The position numbers and the translations under genes were made by a program. A DNA stretch of 64,000 bases from Candidatus Omnitrophota bacterium (lineage in GTDB: Bacteria; Omnitrophota; Gorgyraeia; B26-G9), in NCBI GenBank assembly GCA_043805415.1, contig JAZDHZ010000036.1:4194-68193 (forward strand). The letters run 5' to 3'. The notes under the pieces were generated by a model. It did not search any database and was not told the DNA's origin. It saw only the letters and a list, made by a program, of their open reading frames with translations. Positions 27,563 through 39,600 of this stretch are shown piece by piece (position 1 is the first letter of the stretch; every line of letters begins with the position of its first letter).

Positions 27563-28156
27563 ATGCCCAGCGATAGAAATAACATGATTAAAAAAATTAC
27601 AAACCAAATTCTCCTGTTTTTGATTTTTCATATCGCGTCTTGCCTTGCTTGTCTTGCTCAATCCGCAGAATCGGATTTATTAGTTGAAAATGACGCGGCT
27701 TTTAATTATTACAAAATAATCGAACAAAGGAATTTTTTCCGTCCTAAAAAAGACCTAAAAAAAGCCGAAACCGAGTTAACGGAAAAAACCCAAAAGCCGG
27801 AAAAAGACAGTTTGGATTTTATTCTTACCGGGGTTATTGAAAGTAAAAATGGATACAAAGCAATTGTTGAGCAAAAAAGCTCAAAAAAAGGATTTTATGT
27901 CTCGGTTAATGAAGCAATTGAAAACTATACAGTTAAAGCAATCATGCCCAATAAAATTTTGATTGAAAAAGATGGTCAGGAATTTGAATTAAAGTTACAG
28001 CAAGGCAGTCAGCAAAAAGAGCAGGCCGCACCTCCCGCGATAACAGCGGCTGATTCTGCTCAACAAACTAATAATGAAGAAACACAACCAACTCCACAAA
28101 CTTTAAGAGAAAATACAATACAACAAATCCGGTCTGGCACTAGGGGGACAAAATGA
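27563..28156 (+). CDS. PilP/GspC-like protein with an HR domain.
   Basis: Signal peptide. The C-terminal segment GYKAIVEQKSSKKGFYVSVNEAIENYTVKAIMPNKILIEKDGQEFELKL fits the PilP/GspC HR-domain pattern. It overlaps the secretin start by 4 nt. Confidence 0.55.
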   Translation: MPSDRNNMIKKITNQILLFLIFHIASCLACLAQSAESDLLVENDAAFNYYKIIEQRNFFRPKKDLKKAETELTEKTQKPEKDSLDFILTGVIESKNGYKAIVEQKSSKKGFYVSVNEAIENYTVKAIMPNKILIEKDGQEFELKLQQGSQQKEQAAPPAITAADSAQQTNNEETQPTPQTLRENTIQQIRSGTRGTK

Positions 28157-29931
28157 AAAAATATAAAATAGTTTTTATTGGGGCATTACTCTTGCTGATA
28201 TTTAATCCCTTAAATATCTTTGCTCAGGAATACACTGAGACAAGCGCGGAATCTGAGGACCTAATTTCTTTAAGTTTTCAGGATGCTGATATAAATCAAG
28301 CGATAAAGGTATTAGGCGATTTAACCGGTACAATAATAATTCCCAATGAAGATCTAAAAGGCACGATTTCCATAGTAAGCATGGAAAAAGTTAAACCAGA
28401 CACAGTAATTAATGTCCTGGAGAGCGCGTTAATGATCAGAGGATTTACCGTGGTAAAATCAGGAGAAGCTTTAAAGATAGTCCCTATCTCTGATATTAAG
28501 CAATCAAATGTCGAAGTTCAAATCGGAAGCTGGCCTGGGTTTATAAAAGATCAGGATATTGTGATTACACAAGTAATGCCGCTGAAATACTCTTCGGCGA
28601 TTAAAATTAAGAATGAACTTCAATCCTTAATCGGAAAACATGGAAATATTCTGGCTAATGAACGCACAAATACTATTATTATAACCGATAGCTCTTCAAA
28701 TATAAAACGCTTAGCTACTATAATTTCCCAGGTTGACCGGCCTTTGCCTGCCGCGATGCAAGTAAAAACATTTGTGGTTAATTATGGCGACGCGGTAAAA
28801 ATAGCAAAAATTTTAAATGACCTTTCCAAAGAAGATAAAGAGGCCAGATATCCGGAATTCAGTGAGCTTGGTTTAGGCGATATTCCTTTAGAGGTTTTTG
28901 GCGGAATAGAAGCTTACTCTGAGGAAGAAACAAATTCGATAGTGGTCGCTACTGCTCTGGTTAACTTCCCGGCCATTGAGCGTTTAATAAATAAACTCGA
29001 TGTCTTCCCTCCGCAAGCAATGATTGAAGTAGTGCTTATGGATGTTACCCTAAGTGATGATTTAACCATGGGAGTTGAATATGGTTCCTCAACTAACCCA
29101 ACACTTACAACCGAAGGAATTAAATCCGGGAGCAATGATCAGAATATATTCCACTCTCTGCTTAATTTATCGACTGAAGCTTCCACGCAAGGATTTACTT
29201 ATCGAATTTTAAGTCAAAATGAGCGGACCAATCTCTTGGGATTTATTTTAAAAACTCAGGAAAATACTAAGGTCCTGTCTACTCCCCGGATTTTAGCATC
29301 AAATAACCAGGAATCTTCGATTACTGTGGGACAGGAAATTCCGATTATTGAATCATCAGTCACGGATTTAGTTAATAATGTTACAACCGTGAATTTTAAA
29401 TACCAGGATGTCGGGCTGGGACTTAAAGTCACTCCGCGCATAAGCCAGGATGGTTTTGTTAATTTAAAAGTTCACGCTGAGTTAAAAGACTTAAGCGCTA
29501 AAACTTTATTTGACGCGAGTATCATTAATAAACGCGAAGCCAATGCCACTGTTATGGTCCCGGATGGATATACGGTTGTCCTTGGCGGGCTAATGCGTGA
29601 CAATGATAGTATAATTGAAAACAAGGTGCCTTTACTTGGGGACATCCCTTTTTTAGGGAATTTATTCAAGAAAACTAAAACCACAACATTAAAAACAGAA
29701 CTGCTTATATTTCTCAGTCCCAAAATACTTAAAAGCATAAAAGAACTTCAGGAAATTACCCAAGCATCTAAAGATAAACTGGATATTATCGGACAAGCGC
29801 AAACAACTCAAGAGTTAAAATCAGCTGTAAAAACTACCGTTGATCCTAAGGCTAAAAAACTAATCAAGGAAAACCAAAAAATAAAGAATAAACATAAGAA
29901 AAATAAACTGGAAAAAGAAGAGAAAAAATGA
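28153..29931 (+). CDS. Secretin (PilQ/GspD family) with a Lys-rich C-terminal tail.
   Basis: Signal peptide, N-terminal secretin domains, and the C-terminal secretin signature VVLGGLMRDNDSIIENKVPLLGDIPFLGNLFK. Confidence 0.9.
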   Translation: MKKYKIVFIGALLLLIFNPLNIFAQEYTETSAESEDLISLSFQDADINQAIKVLGDLTGTIIIPNEDLKGTISIVSMEKVKPDTVINVLESALMIRGFTVVKSGEALKIVPISDIKQSNVEVQIGSWPGFIKDQDIVITQVMPLKYSSAIKIKNELQSLIGKHGNILANERTNTIIITDSSSNIKRLATIISQVDRPLPAAMQVKTFVVNYGDAVKIAKILNDLSKEDKEARYPEFSELGLGDIPLEVFGGIEAYSEEETNSIVVATALVNFPAIERLINKLDVFPPQAMIEVVLMDVTLSDDLTMGVEYGSSTNPTLTTEGIKSGSNDQNIFHSLLNLSTEASTQGFTYRILSQNERTNLLGFILKTQENTKVLSTPRILASNNQESSITVGQEIPIIESSVTDLVNNVTTVNFKYQDVGLGLKVTPRISQDGFVNLKVHAELKDLSAKTLFDASIINKREANATVMVPDGYTVVLGGLMRDNDSIIENKVPLLGDIPFLGNLFKKTKTTTLKTELLIFLSPKILKSIKELQEITQASKDKLDIIGQAQTTQELKSAVKTTVDPKAKKLIKENQKIKNKHKKNKLEKEEKK

Positions 29932-29977
29932 GTTGATGTTTGTTTAAATATAATATATATTAAAACAAGGTGAAATT

Positions 29978-30145
29978 ATGGACAAAAAAGATCAAAAGCC
30001 AAAACAGAAAAAAAAGTATCAGCCGCCACGCGTTGATACTCGGGAAATTTATGAAATAAACGCGTTAGGCTGCGCTAAATGTGTTAATGCTAGCAGCATC
30101 TCGCTGAGTGTCAGCTGTGTTCGCGGATCAAAAAAATATTCCTGA
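29978..30145 (+). CDS. Possible small protein (55 aa): a Lys-rich N-terminus followed by a Cys-containing C-terminus.
   Basis: RBS AAGGTG 5 nt before the ATG. Sequence MDKKDQKPKQKKKYQPPRVDTREIYEINALGCAKCVNASSISLSVSCVRGSKKYS. It is below the ORF-track size cutoff and has no family support. Confidence 0.25.
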   Translation: MDKKDQKPKQKKKYQPPRVDTREIYEINALGCAKCVNASSISLSVSCVRGSKKYS

Positions 30146-30152
30146 ACATAAA

Positions 30153-30710
30153 TCACTGAAACACACCAAAAGCATTCTGCGTATCACTCCAGGAAGTAAT
30201 TGAGTAACTAGTTGCCGCAGAAGCACCTGCTGAGCCTAGCTGAGCATCATAATGAATTCCGCCCTGACCGCTGATTGTAACTGTGTTTCCGACAAAAGCC
30301 CCATACAATGCTCCCTGTCCGGTAAGTTTTAAATCTGAGTCCGGAGCATATATAGCGCCATAAAAATCTCCTTGTCCGGCTAATTTAATATCTTGCGCTA
30401 CGCCAGTGCCGTACATAATCAGATTTGACGGAACGCTGGTTGCGTTAGTTATTCCTTGGCCAGTTAAACTCACATCTCCGTCAAAATAAATATTAACCGG
30501 CCCAGCGCTGGCCGGATCAATATAAACCTGAGCTTGACCAGATATACTTATCGCGGTGGTTCCGGTTAAATAAAGATTTATCGGTCCAGTAAGGGTAACC
30601 GTCTTCTGTCCCGAGAGATTAATCATCCAGTATTGATAATCTCCTGGAGACAAAGTGGTTGTGCTGGAAATACTGCCTAAATTAGTTAATGTAGTTAAAC
30701 TTGTAGGCAC
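30153..30710 (-). CDS. Gly/Gln-rich repeat protein. It is probably the C-terminal part of the PilX-like protein, separated from it by an apparent frameshift.
   Basis: GQG/YGA repeats (LTGQGALYGAF, LAGQGDFYGAIYAP). With a +1 shift near 30712-30741 the upstream PilX-like ORF reads through (..YYS-IQIEEDKPTLTTVSVPTSL..). Confidence 0.45.
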   Translation of the reverse strand: MPTSLTTLTNLGSISSTTTLSPGDYQYWMINLSGQKTVTLTGPINLYLTGTTAISISGQAQVYIDPASAGPVNIYFDGDVSLTGQGITNATSVPSNLIMYGTGVAQDIKLAGQGDFYGAIYAPDSDLKLTGQGALYGAFVGNTVTISGQGGIHYDAQLGSAGASAATSYSITSWSDTQNAFGVFQ

Positions 30711-30741
30711 AGAAACAGTTGTTAAAGTCGGTTTATCTTCT

Positions 30742-31365
30742 TCAATCTGAATAATACGTTGCCGCCGGAGCAGTTTCTCCTACCGGAATATTGATATCCC
30801 CATCAACATAAGCCTGGCCTGAACCGGAAAATTCCGTATTACTGCCCACATCTCCATCTGAACCCACATTACTGCCTCCATACGCGCCTAAAGATGAATC
30901 ATAGCTGTCAGTAGCGCCTTGACCGCTAATCGACATTGTTCCTTCCGCAAAAGCTGCGTACTTAAATAGAGAATTGTTTGCTTTTGCTGCAATTACCTCA
31001 AGCTTACGAGTTAATGGATTTGTTGCTGCTCTGTTTGGGAAAAATCCAGTTGATTCAATCCGGACATTAGAATTCACGTAATCATAAACAGTTATATCAT
31101 AATCACCCGCAGCACCCAAAGATCCTTGCAGGATTTTATTATTTCCCTGAGTTGTCCATCCTGTCCAAGCTCCTGCTCCATTATTAAGCTCATACAAGGC
31201 TGTAGCCAGCCCTGATTCAGCCATCCAAAACGCGCGGGTCTGATCAACAAAACCTTCTGTTCTTTTATTTGCTACTGCTCCTCGCAAAAGCAAAGCACTG
31301 GCCAGAATAGTCAAGATAATAATAATAACCAGATTTAAAGCCATAGCAAAGCCTTTTTTATTCAT
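30742..31365 (-). CDS. PilX-like pilus assembly protein (PilX_N N-terminal domain).
   Basis: MNKKGFAMALNLVIIIILTILASALLLRG matches the PilX N-terminal pattern. Confidence 0.65.
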   Translation of the reverse strand: MNKKGFAMALNLVIIIILTILASALLLRGAVANKRTEGFVDQTRAFWMAESGLATALYELNNGAGAWTGWTTQGNNKILQGSLGAAGDYDITVYDYVNSNVRIESTGFFPNRAATNPLTRKLEVIAAKANNSLFKYAAFAEGTMSISGQGATDSYDSSLGAYGGSNVGSDGDVGSNTEFSGSGQAYVDGDINIPVGETAPAATYYSD

Positions 31366-31376
31366 TATAAACCTCT

Positions 31377-31847
31377 CTAACTTCGTAAAGAAATTTTTTC
31401 TTTTAAAGGAAAAACCATATCCCCTGATCTTAATCTAATCCGTGCCCGGATTTCAATTTCCAGCAGATTTCCGGTTAGGGTAAAAATCAGTGAATCCACA
31501 TTAATTGCTAAAACCTGCTGATTGCCCGGAGGATGCTCCCGGACAATCTGGTTATTAACAATCGAATATCTTATATTGCTTGAATTTACCAAAGGATTAA
31601 CACTTTGGGGAATTATAAAATCAATCTGCGTATTTGCTGAACTTATAGTAATATCCGCCATTTTTGACTGACGCAATTCTTTGACCATTGCCCCCATTGT
31701 TTGCTGGATAATCCGCTGCTTTTCCATTAAAGCCTGATTAGAATCATAAACATTTCTCCCTACTTCAAAAGCCGAGAATAAAGCAATAACCATTCCAGTC
31801 ATAATAAAAACAGAAACTAATAATTCTACTAATGTAAATCCCTTCAT
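31377..31847 (-). CDS. Minor pseudopilin (PilW/GspJ-like) with a prepilin N-terminal domain.
   Basis: MKGFTLVELLVSVFIMTGMVIALFSA. Confidence 0.7.
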   Translation of the reverse strand: MKGFTLVELLVSVFIMTGMVIALFSAFEVGRNVYDSNQALMEKQRIIQQTMGAMVKELRQSKMADITISSANTQIDFIIPQSVNPLVNSSNIRYSIVNNQIVREHPPGNQQVLAINVDSLIFTLTGNLLEIEIRARIRLRSGDMVFPLKEKISLRS

Positions 31848-32255
31848 TTAATCTGTCCTCAGCATTTCTAAAGTATAAGTTCTGTTTGTTCCTCTGCGGT
31901 CCAGCCAGTTTACCTCTAATCTGATTTGCAAAGGATTGCCTGTATTCACCGGCGTTGTAACAATGTTTTCCGCATTCAGACCGGTAAAATTATAGGGATT
32001 TCCCGAAAGCTGATTCGCGTTAAAATCCCAATTATGGTTACTAATATCTGTCTCAAGATTTGTAAACGCAGCATCTCTTATCTCCTCGAGAATGTATTGT
32101 CCGTGCATAGCGGCAAAAGTTTTCTCTTGATTCAATTCATTAAGCAATGCGATATTACTTAATGTGCCTAAAATTGCGACAAGCGCAACTGCCGCGACAA
32201 ATCCAGCTACTAAAATTTCTGCCAGCGTAAAGCCTTTTTTTGATTTTACTTTCAT
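31848..32255 (-). CDS. Minor pseudopilin (PilV/GspI-like).
   Basis: KKGFTLAEILVAGFVAAVALVAILG. The start was set at MKVKSKKGF, preceded by AAAGGA. The longer ORF-track start overlaps the upstream gene. Confidence 0.7.
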   Translation of the reverse strand: MKVKSKKGFTLAEILVAGFVAAVALVAILGTLSNIALLNELNQEKTFAAMHGQYILEEIRDAAFTNLETDISNHNWDFNANQLSGNPYNFTGLNAENIVTTPVNTGNPLQIRLEVNWLDRRGTNRTYTLEMLRTD

Positions 32256-32269
32256 CTCTGTTCCTTTAA

Positions 32270-33403
32270 TCATTCAAATGAATATAACTTCCCATCAATT
32301 GTTGCAATAAATAATTTTCCGTCTGATATTGCCGGAGATGAAAGCACTCCGGCACCTAATTCATGCTGCCATTTCAACTGACCAGTTGTAATTTCAAAAC
32401 CTTTTAGCATTCCTTTAGCTGAAGCAACATAAACAATATCTTCGGTAACACAAGCAGAAGATGAAAATCCATAGCGCGCTGCCGGTCCTAAAACTTGTTT
32501 CCATTGCAAAGCTCCATTTAAAGCATTTAAACAGTAAATATACTGTTGTTCATAGCCAGCAACTATACATAGTCCATTATCTGATACTGCAACCGTGGAT
32601 ACATAATTAGGCGTTGGCTGATTATCTTCAATCGCGTACTTCCATGCCTCAGTTCCTTTATCAATATTAAGCGCGTAAACAGACCAATCAAAATCACCAG
32701 CAGCAATATACAACTTATTTGAATCAATAGCTGGGGATGCCATATAAATACCGCCCTTGGTCTGATATTTCCACACCAAAGCTCCGGTTTCTTTATTTAA
32801 ACAATACACATAACCGTCATTAGATCCAATATATAATTCATCTCCGGATAATGCTGCCGATGAATATACCATTTGATTTGTTTCCACTTTCCATATTTCT
32901 TTTCCAGTTTGACTATCCAAGGCATAAATAAACTTATTCGGAAAACCACTGGCACAAAAAACTTTATTACCTTCAACCAAGGGTGATGAAAAATCAGTGC
33001 CACCAGTTGTATATTTCCATAAAAGCTTTCCATCCTCAAAGTTTAAACAATAGAAATTGCCGTCTCTTGAGCTAATATAAACTTTATCATTAAAAGCAGC
33101 CGGCGAAGCGTCGACCCATCCGCTGGTTTTGAATTTCCAGTTTAAACCGCCGGTTTCGGCATTAACACAATAGATAAACTCATCTCTTGAGCCGATTAAT
33201 ACCGCGTTTTTATAAACACTCGGCGATGAAATAATTTTTCCCTGTGTGCTGAACTGCCACTTTTGTTTTAAAGGCGGCTGCAGGATTTCATTATCCTGAG
33301 CTTTATGCAAAGCATCATTACGGAACATCGGCCAGTCCGCGGCAAATGCCGGTACAGCACACAAGATTACGATTAAAATTAAGACGCAAATAATCCTTTT
33401 CAT
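32270..33403 (-). CDS. Secreted PQQ-like beta-propeller repeat protein (BamB/PilY1-C-terminal-like fold).
   Basis: Signal peptide, then ~7-8 repeats of the ...G.LYaldaxTGkllWky... type (e.g. YCVNAETGGLNWKF, YCLNFEDGKLLWKY, YALDSQTGKEIWKV). Confidence 0.85.
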   Translation of the reverse strand: MKRIICVLILIVILCAVPAFAADWPMFRNDALHKAQDNEILQPPLKQKWQFSTQGKIISSPSVYKNAVLIGSRDEFIYCVNAETGGLNWKFKTSGWVDASPAAFNDKVYISSRDGNFYCLNFEDGKLLWKYTTGGTDFSSPLVEGNKVFCASGFPNKFIYALDSQTGKEIWKVETNQMVYSSAALSGDELYIGSNDGYVYCLNKETGALVWKYQTKGGIYMASPAIDSNKLYIAAGDFDWSVYALNIDKGTEAWKYAIEDNQPTPNYVSTVAVSDNGLCIVAGYEQQYIYCLNALNGALQWKQVLGPAARYGFSSSACVTEDIVYVASAKGMLKGFEITTGQLKWQHELGAGVLSSPAISDGKLFIATIDGKLYSFE

Positions 33404-33461
33404 ACAAACTCCTCGATTATAGTATAAACTCTAAACAGTAAATTATAAACATAAATAACAA

Positions 33462-33490
33462 GTCCCCAGGACAAAAGGTCACCCGGTCAC
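33462..33490 (-). promoter_or_regulatory. Direct repeat GTCCCCAGG-N7-GTCACCCGG(+GTCAC) upstream of the PQQ/minor-pilin genes, the same motif family as 17780-17804. TATAAT-like -10 elements lie downstream of it.
   Basis: Seen in sequence. Same 16-bp periodicity and orientation as the gspE-upstream copy. Confidence 0.45.
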
Positions 33491-33570
33491 AAGTAAACAG
33501 CCAACGGTCGATAGTCAATAGCCGATTCGTTAGGCAAAAATTCTCTTTGAGCGGCGGTCTAGAATCAAGC

Positions 33571-33695
33571 ATTTTTGTTTTTCTGCTTTTCCTAATCGCT
33601 AAACGTTTATCCTGAGCAAAGTCGAAGGGCTATTCGCTAATCGCCGCTTTTTTTGTTTTTCCTAACCGCTAAACGCTAATCGCTATCCGCTGCTT
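33571..33695. repeat. Composite intergenic repeat element, copy C. It has two core copies (...TTTTTCTGCTTTTCCTAATCGCTAAACG... and ...TTTTTGTTTTTCCTAACCGCTAAACGCTAATCGCTATCCGCTG) and abuts the giant gene stop.
   Basis: Read directly from the sequence. Matches copies A and B. Confidence 0.8.
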
Positions 33696-36600
33696 TATTT
33701 TACCGCTTTAAATGAATATATTTTACCAGAATCTGGACCAACAAGGACATAAGTCTCTTGCACATCCCAGGTCTCAGTATTATATATCAAATGCAACGCT
33801 GCTCCGCCTTTAATCGCAGCGCCTGTATCATAAGGCCATCCTGGGACAATCTGGCCTGTAGCTACATCAACCGCATAGAATTTACCATTATCCGCGCCAA
33901 AATAAACTATGCCGTTCTCAACCAGCGGCCAGGAATCAATTGGCGAACCAACATCAACTGGAAAATTCGGTTTCATACTGCCATCCGTAATACTGACCGC
34001 GTACAGTTTTCCATCCTGCGATCCAAAAAATACATAACGGGATCCTGTATCAAACCAGGGAGCTGAGTAAACCGCGCCGCCTACAGAGATTGGATTAACT
34101 GTCCAGCCTGTATCAGCACTGTCTGAGCTTAAATTTGAGGTATTAACCGCATAAAATTTCCCATTTGTTGTACCAAATAGCATTAATCGCCTTGAACTGC
34201 CGACACTTGGGTTTTGCAAAGTAATAGTTGGTGCTGTTTTAATTGCCCCTTCTGAGCCAAACCCTGTATCAAATGTGCGTGCGCCTGTTCCATCAACTGC
34301 TTTAAAACCATAAACTTTTCCGTCACTGGCCCCAAAATATATTTCATCATAATCTAAAGTTGGAACATAAATCATGGCTGGGGATGATTCAATAGCACCG
34401 CCGACAGCAGCCGGAGCTCCCCAGGCATCTGTTCCATCGGCAGAATCAATACAATAGATATTATTCGCGGTTGTGCCAAAATATACCCCAGAAACATAGT
34501 CATACAAGACTGTGGTTGTAAGCGACTCACCCATTACTCTATTCCATCTAAGCGTATTATCTGCCCATAATCCATATACTGTCTTGCCTACAGTTCCAAA
34601 ATAAACAATATCTTTTAAATCCGCGCCGTCAATATCAGTTGATGGATATGGCAAGCCTCTAATCTTTCCGGAAGTTGTGAAACTAGTCTCAAGTTCATGT
34701 GTATCGCCATTTAAGATATATAGATTATTATCATCTGATCCAATATATATTTTATTTTCCATTCCCCAATAAGCTATCGGAATACTGCGTATTGGGCCAA
34801 GCACATTCGCCCCTGTAGGATATATCCAATCCGCGTTTAGGGTGCTAATACTCACATTGGCCGATACATTAGCTATTGAACTTACATCTGCTTGAGAGCT
34901 TGAATCCACACCCGATGCATTTCCCGTAAAATTAACTGTTCCGGAAGTTATCCCTGCTTTATATGTCCAAATAAAATTTTGCTGCGTCTGGGGAGCTATA
35001 TTCGCAGTTAATGGTATCGGGCCAGTTAAAAGATTTGCCGCAGCACTAGTCCCCCCAATAGTTATGATAGATGGAGATACTCCCTGTGCTGTAGCACCTC
35101 CTGTGTTTGCAGTATTAGTTACAGTCATTGTCACTGTTATTGTCGCGTTAGTAAGCAAAGACGATGGAGTTGCCGCAATTGAAGATGTCAAAGCTGCTGA
35201 TTCAGTTAAAATTCTGATATCGCTTGATGCTGAAGCAGCAGACGCTGTTTCGGTTGCATTAGCATGCCCGGTAAAGTTAACAATGCCTAATGTGCTTCCG
35301 GCATTATAAGTCCAGCTGAATTGCTGTGTTGCTCCTGATCCAAGAGTTGCAATACTTGCTGGAATCGGCCCTGTGGCATAAAGCGCGTCTGAAGAACTGC
35401 CTCCCACAGCCAAGCTGGATGGCGTAATATTGTTTAATATACTGCCGCCTGTATTTTGCACATTCATCGTTACTGTGATTGTATCAGATGGTTGAACTGA
35501 ACTCGGAGTTGCACTTATTGATGAAGTCATGGCATATGAAGGCGGTGATTGCACAGTTACTGAATCTTGAGCTTGAGTTGCCGTTAAAACAGCATTAGAA
35601 TTCGCATCTATTCCCTGCGCGATTCCTGCTGCAAAATTCGCAACTCCTGCCCCTGATCCATGACCAATAAATATAAATTCTTTTGATCTGCCGCCTTTTA
35701 TTGTTGCTGTTGTAGGACTTGGCCCAGAATCAATAATTGGATTAGCCGAACCAGAGGGAATAAGTACTGGAGCTACATTTAATGCATCCGCTTGCCCTGG
35801 ATTAGAAACTGTTACTTTAATAGTTATATTTTCATTTGTATTTACTGTTGCCGGCGCAGCATAGACATTTAAAGTTAAACTCGCTTTTTGTACAATCGTA
35901 ATATCATTTGAAGAAACTGTGGTTGATTTAATGATTCCATCTGTATCCGTACCCTGGGCATATCCAGCAAAACTAACTGTGCCGGCACTTGCGCCAGCGG
36001 TATATGTCCATTGAAATTGTTTTTGACCTGCTGGATCAATATTTTGCGCGCTGGGATTTGAACTTGTTGTAGCTGTTGCGCCTCCTGTTGAGCTGACAGT
36101 TAATACACTGGGGTCAACATCATTAACTAAGGAACTTCCAGTATTGTTTACTGTCATAGTAACCGTAAACTGTTGATCTGTGCTGACAATATTTTTTGAA
36201 CTTGCAACTGCAGCTGTTAGATTTCCCCTGCCGATTATGTAAGGTCCTGCATGAGTAACTGTACTTGACCAATTACCCACATTATCCACACTGCGAATAT
36301 GCCCATAATAACTTCCCGAGGCCAGATCATTTGCCGTATATGTGCCTTGACCTTGATCAACATTAATATATTGCGGAGGAATGGTTGTGGGACTTGTATT
36401 CACGATAATACTGTACCCGGCAACCCCTGATTGAGTATCCGTAACATCAGACCAGGTAAATTGGATATCATTATTAATTGATGGAACTCCCTGAGTATGG
36501 GATGAGGATGTAAGCGTTGTTACAAAATTAGGAGCAGTACTATCCAGGACTACACTAAAAGGCACATTAGCCGTGTTTCCAGCATTATCATAAACAACTG

Positions 36601-39600
36601 CATTAACATTATTATAATTTGCTCCAGATGAGGATATCTCATATGTATATAAATACTGATAAGCACCTGCATCTTCAGTTGTGTCAACACCTCCAGTACT
36701 TGTTGTTGTCGGAAATAAAGCTTCTTTTAATCCTGATGCTGCATCGCTTGCGCTAACACAAACCCGGAAAGCCGAATAAGCTAATCCGGAATAATAAATC
36801 AGATTACCGCTTACACTTAAGTAATCTCCGCCGGCATATTCAGTTATTTGGTAAATAGACGTTGCTGTGGGCGCTTGAGTATCTATGTAAAAAGGTCCAA
36901 GATGCGCGGCAGTTAAAGCCCAGTTACCTACATTATCTACACTTCTGATATGCACATAATGCGTATTGCCATTTGCTAGAACAGGGCTTGTCGCTGTATT
37001 CTGTGTTTGTTCTATATCTTTTATATTATCCGGAATTGTTGTTGGATTATTATCCCATAGAACAGAATAACCATCCAAGCCGCTGTCCGCGTCAACAGCC
37101 GGAGTCCAGCTTACAGCCACAGTATTATCTTTTGACTGAGGGTCACTCCACATACTAATCGCATTATTATGCGAGTTTGTAGCCAGGCCGGAAATATTGC
37201 CCGGAACCACAGAATCAACAATATAACTTCCCGTTGAATTCAAAACACTGTCTTCAGCTGTTGGTGAAAATTCAAAACTAATCCCATTTACCGGAACACT
37301 TAGGTCTACTGTTGCCCCATTAGTAACAGTCCCGGCTAAATCCACGGTTGCATACAATTCTTCTGTTCCGGCAATTGGAATATTCACATTAAGATCAGCA
37401 AACGTTGCTGTTCCACTTGAAAAAGTTTTTATTCCAATTTGTGAATCAACCCCTAATTCAAACTCACCTGAATTATTACTATCATAATAAAGTTTTACCG
37501 CGCTTATTTGCGCATCGAAAATTGTTCCGCTATTATTAATCGTAAAGCTCTTAACCGTATCTAAAGCCAAGACATTATTATTCGTAAGCGTAAGGTCTAA
37601 GACTAATTTATTACTTTCTCCCTGTTTTATATATCCGCTGCTAAGCGCGTTAGCAGTAATATCTACAGTAAGCGAAGAAGCCTGGACAACAAGCACTCCC
37701 TCTGTATTATCATCGGTTATTAAGCTGTCAGTGACATCAATATTCAGAGTCTGCGCTGTATTGTCTGTCAGATCAAAAGAAGCGACTCCATTGTCCTGCT
37801 GCGCGAATGTATACATTGCCGTATCCACACTTGCTCCGCCTTCTGTAAAATACCCTGCTCCGCTATGCAGCAACCAGCTGATATTATTCACATCCCCATC
37901 AGTATCTAAAATAATTGTTCCGACATAATCTATTTTTATATTGCCATATTGATCTTTTGCTGTTACATTTATCTCTTCTCCCACAGATTGAACCGCGGTT
38001 CCATCATGACTTATTGTAAAATAATTTAAGACATTTGGATTTACGGTTAAGCCCCCTTCTGTATCATCATCAAATTTACCATCACCGCTAACCGAAATAT
38101 TTAAAATTTCCGCGGTGGTATCATTAAGCGAAAGGCTAACTACCCCATTGTCTGCTGGAGCATAAGTATAAGTCGCGGTATCAGCATTTGCTCCGCCATC
38201 AATAAATGTGCCATTGCCAAAAACATTTGCCCAGGTAATTGTTGTCACGGTCCCGGTTGTATCCAAAGTTATAGTTCCGCTATAATCATTTTGGGTATTA
38301 TTATAATAATCCTTTGCGTAAATACTGATGTTTTCCGCGATACCGGCTGTAGCGCTGGAGTCATGAACAATCTTAAAATGATCTAAACCGCTGGGAGAAA
38401 CTACCATATTTCCTTCTGTATCATCATCAAATTTACCTGAACCGGAAATATCTATGTCTACAGATTCAGCAAATGTATCAGTAAACATCAGCACAACCAA
38501 ACCATTATCTCCGGCAACAAAATTATATGTTGCTGTATCAACCGATGCTCCTCCGTCATTTAAAACGCCTAATCCAGAATCCAAAGCCCAGGCAATAGAA
38601 GTCGCAGAGCCATTAGTATCTATGGTTATGGTCCCTATATAGTTAGTTTTAATGTTCGCGTATATATCATATGCTTTTACTGTAATCAATTCTCCAATAC
38701 CAGCATATGCCGCGGCATCATGACTGATGATAAATTTATCTAAAGCTCCAGCACCGACAACCAAAATACCTTCAGTATCATCATCTGCTTTGCCATCACC
38801 GTTTGCCGAGATATTCAAATTTTCTACTGTAGTATCCGTAATACTTAAAATAACTATCCCATTATCCGCTAAACTAAATGTATAATCAGCAGTATCAACC
38901 AATGCTCCATTATCATTAAATACTCCATGCCCGGAAACATTTGACCAGGTGATTGTTGTGGCTGTACCATTTGTATCTACAGTGATTGTTCCGGTATAAT
39001 TTGTAATTGTGTTGGCATAGGCGTCTTTGGCTGTGATTGTTATATTTTCGGCGACTCCGGCCTGGGCGCTGGCATCATGGTTAATCACAAACTTATTCAG
39101 CGTATTAGGAATAACAGATATATTCCCTTCCGTATTATCATCTGTCTTTCCATCCCCTGACACGGAGATATTAAATGATTCGGTTTTAGTATCCGCTATT
39201 CCCAAAGTAACTGTACCATTATCCGCGGCCGCGAATGTATAAGTCGCGGTATCAACTGTCGGCCCGCCATCATTAAATATGCCATTACCCGAAATATTTG
39301 ACCAGGCAATTGTTCCAGCAGTGCCGTTTGTATCTAAAGTTATCGTACCTGTATAATTTGCAACCGGATTATTATTCGCGTCATGGGCAATAATCGTAAT
39401 ATTCTCAACTACTCCGGCTATTGCATTAGCGTCATGGTTTATTGTAAAGTGATTTAATCCCAAAGGATTAAAAATTAAATTCCCTTCGCTATTATCATCG
39501 GTTTTCCCGCTGCCGCTGGCACTGATATTAATTGTCTGTGTCTGGGTATTAGTAATTGTCAGAACAACAATACCATTATCACTGGAGTTAAAAGTGTAGG

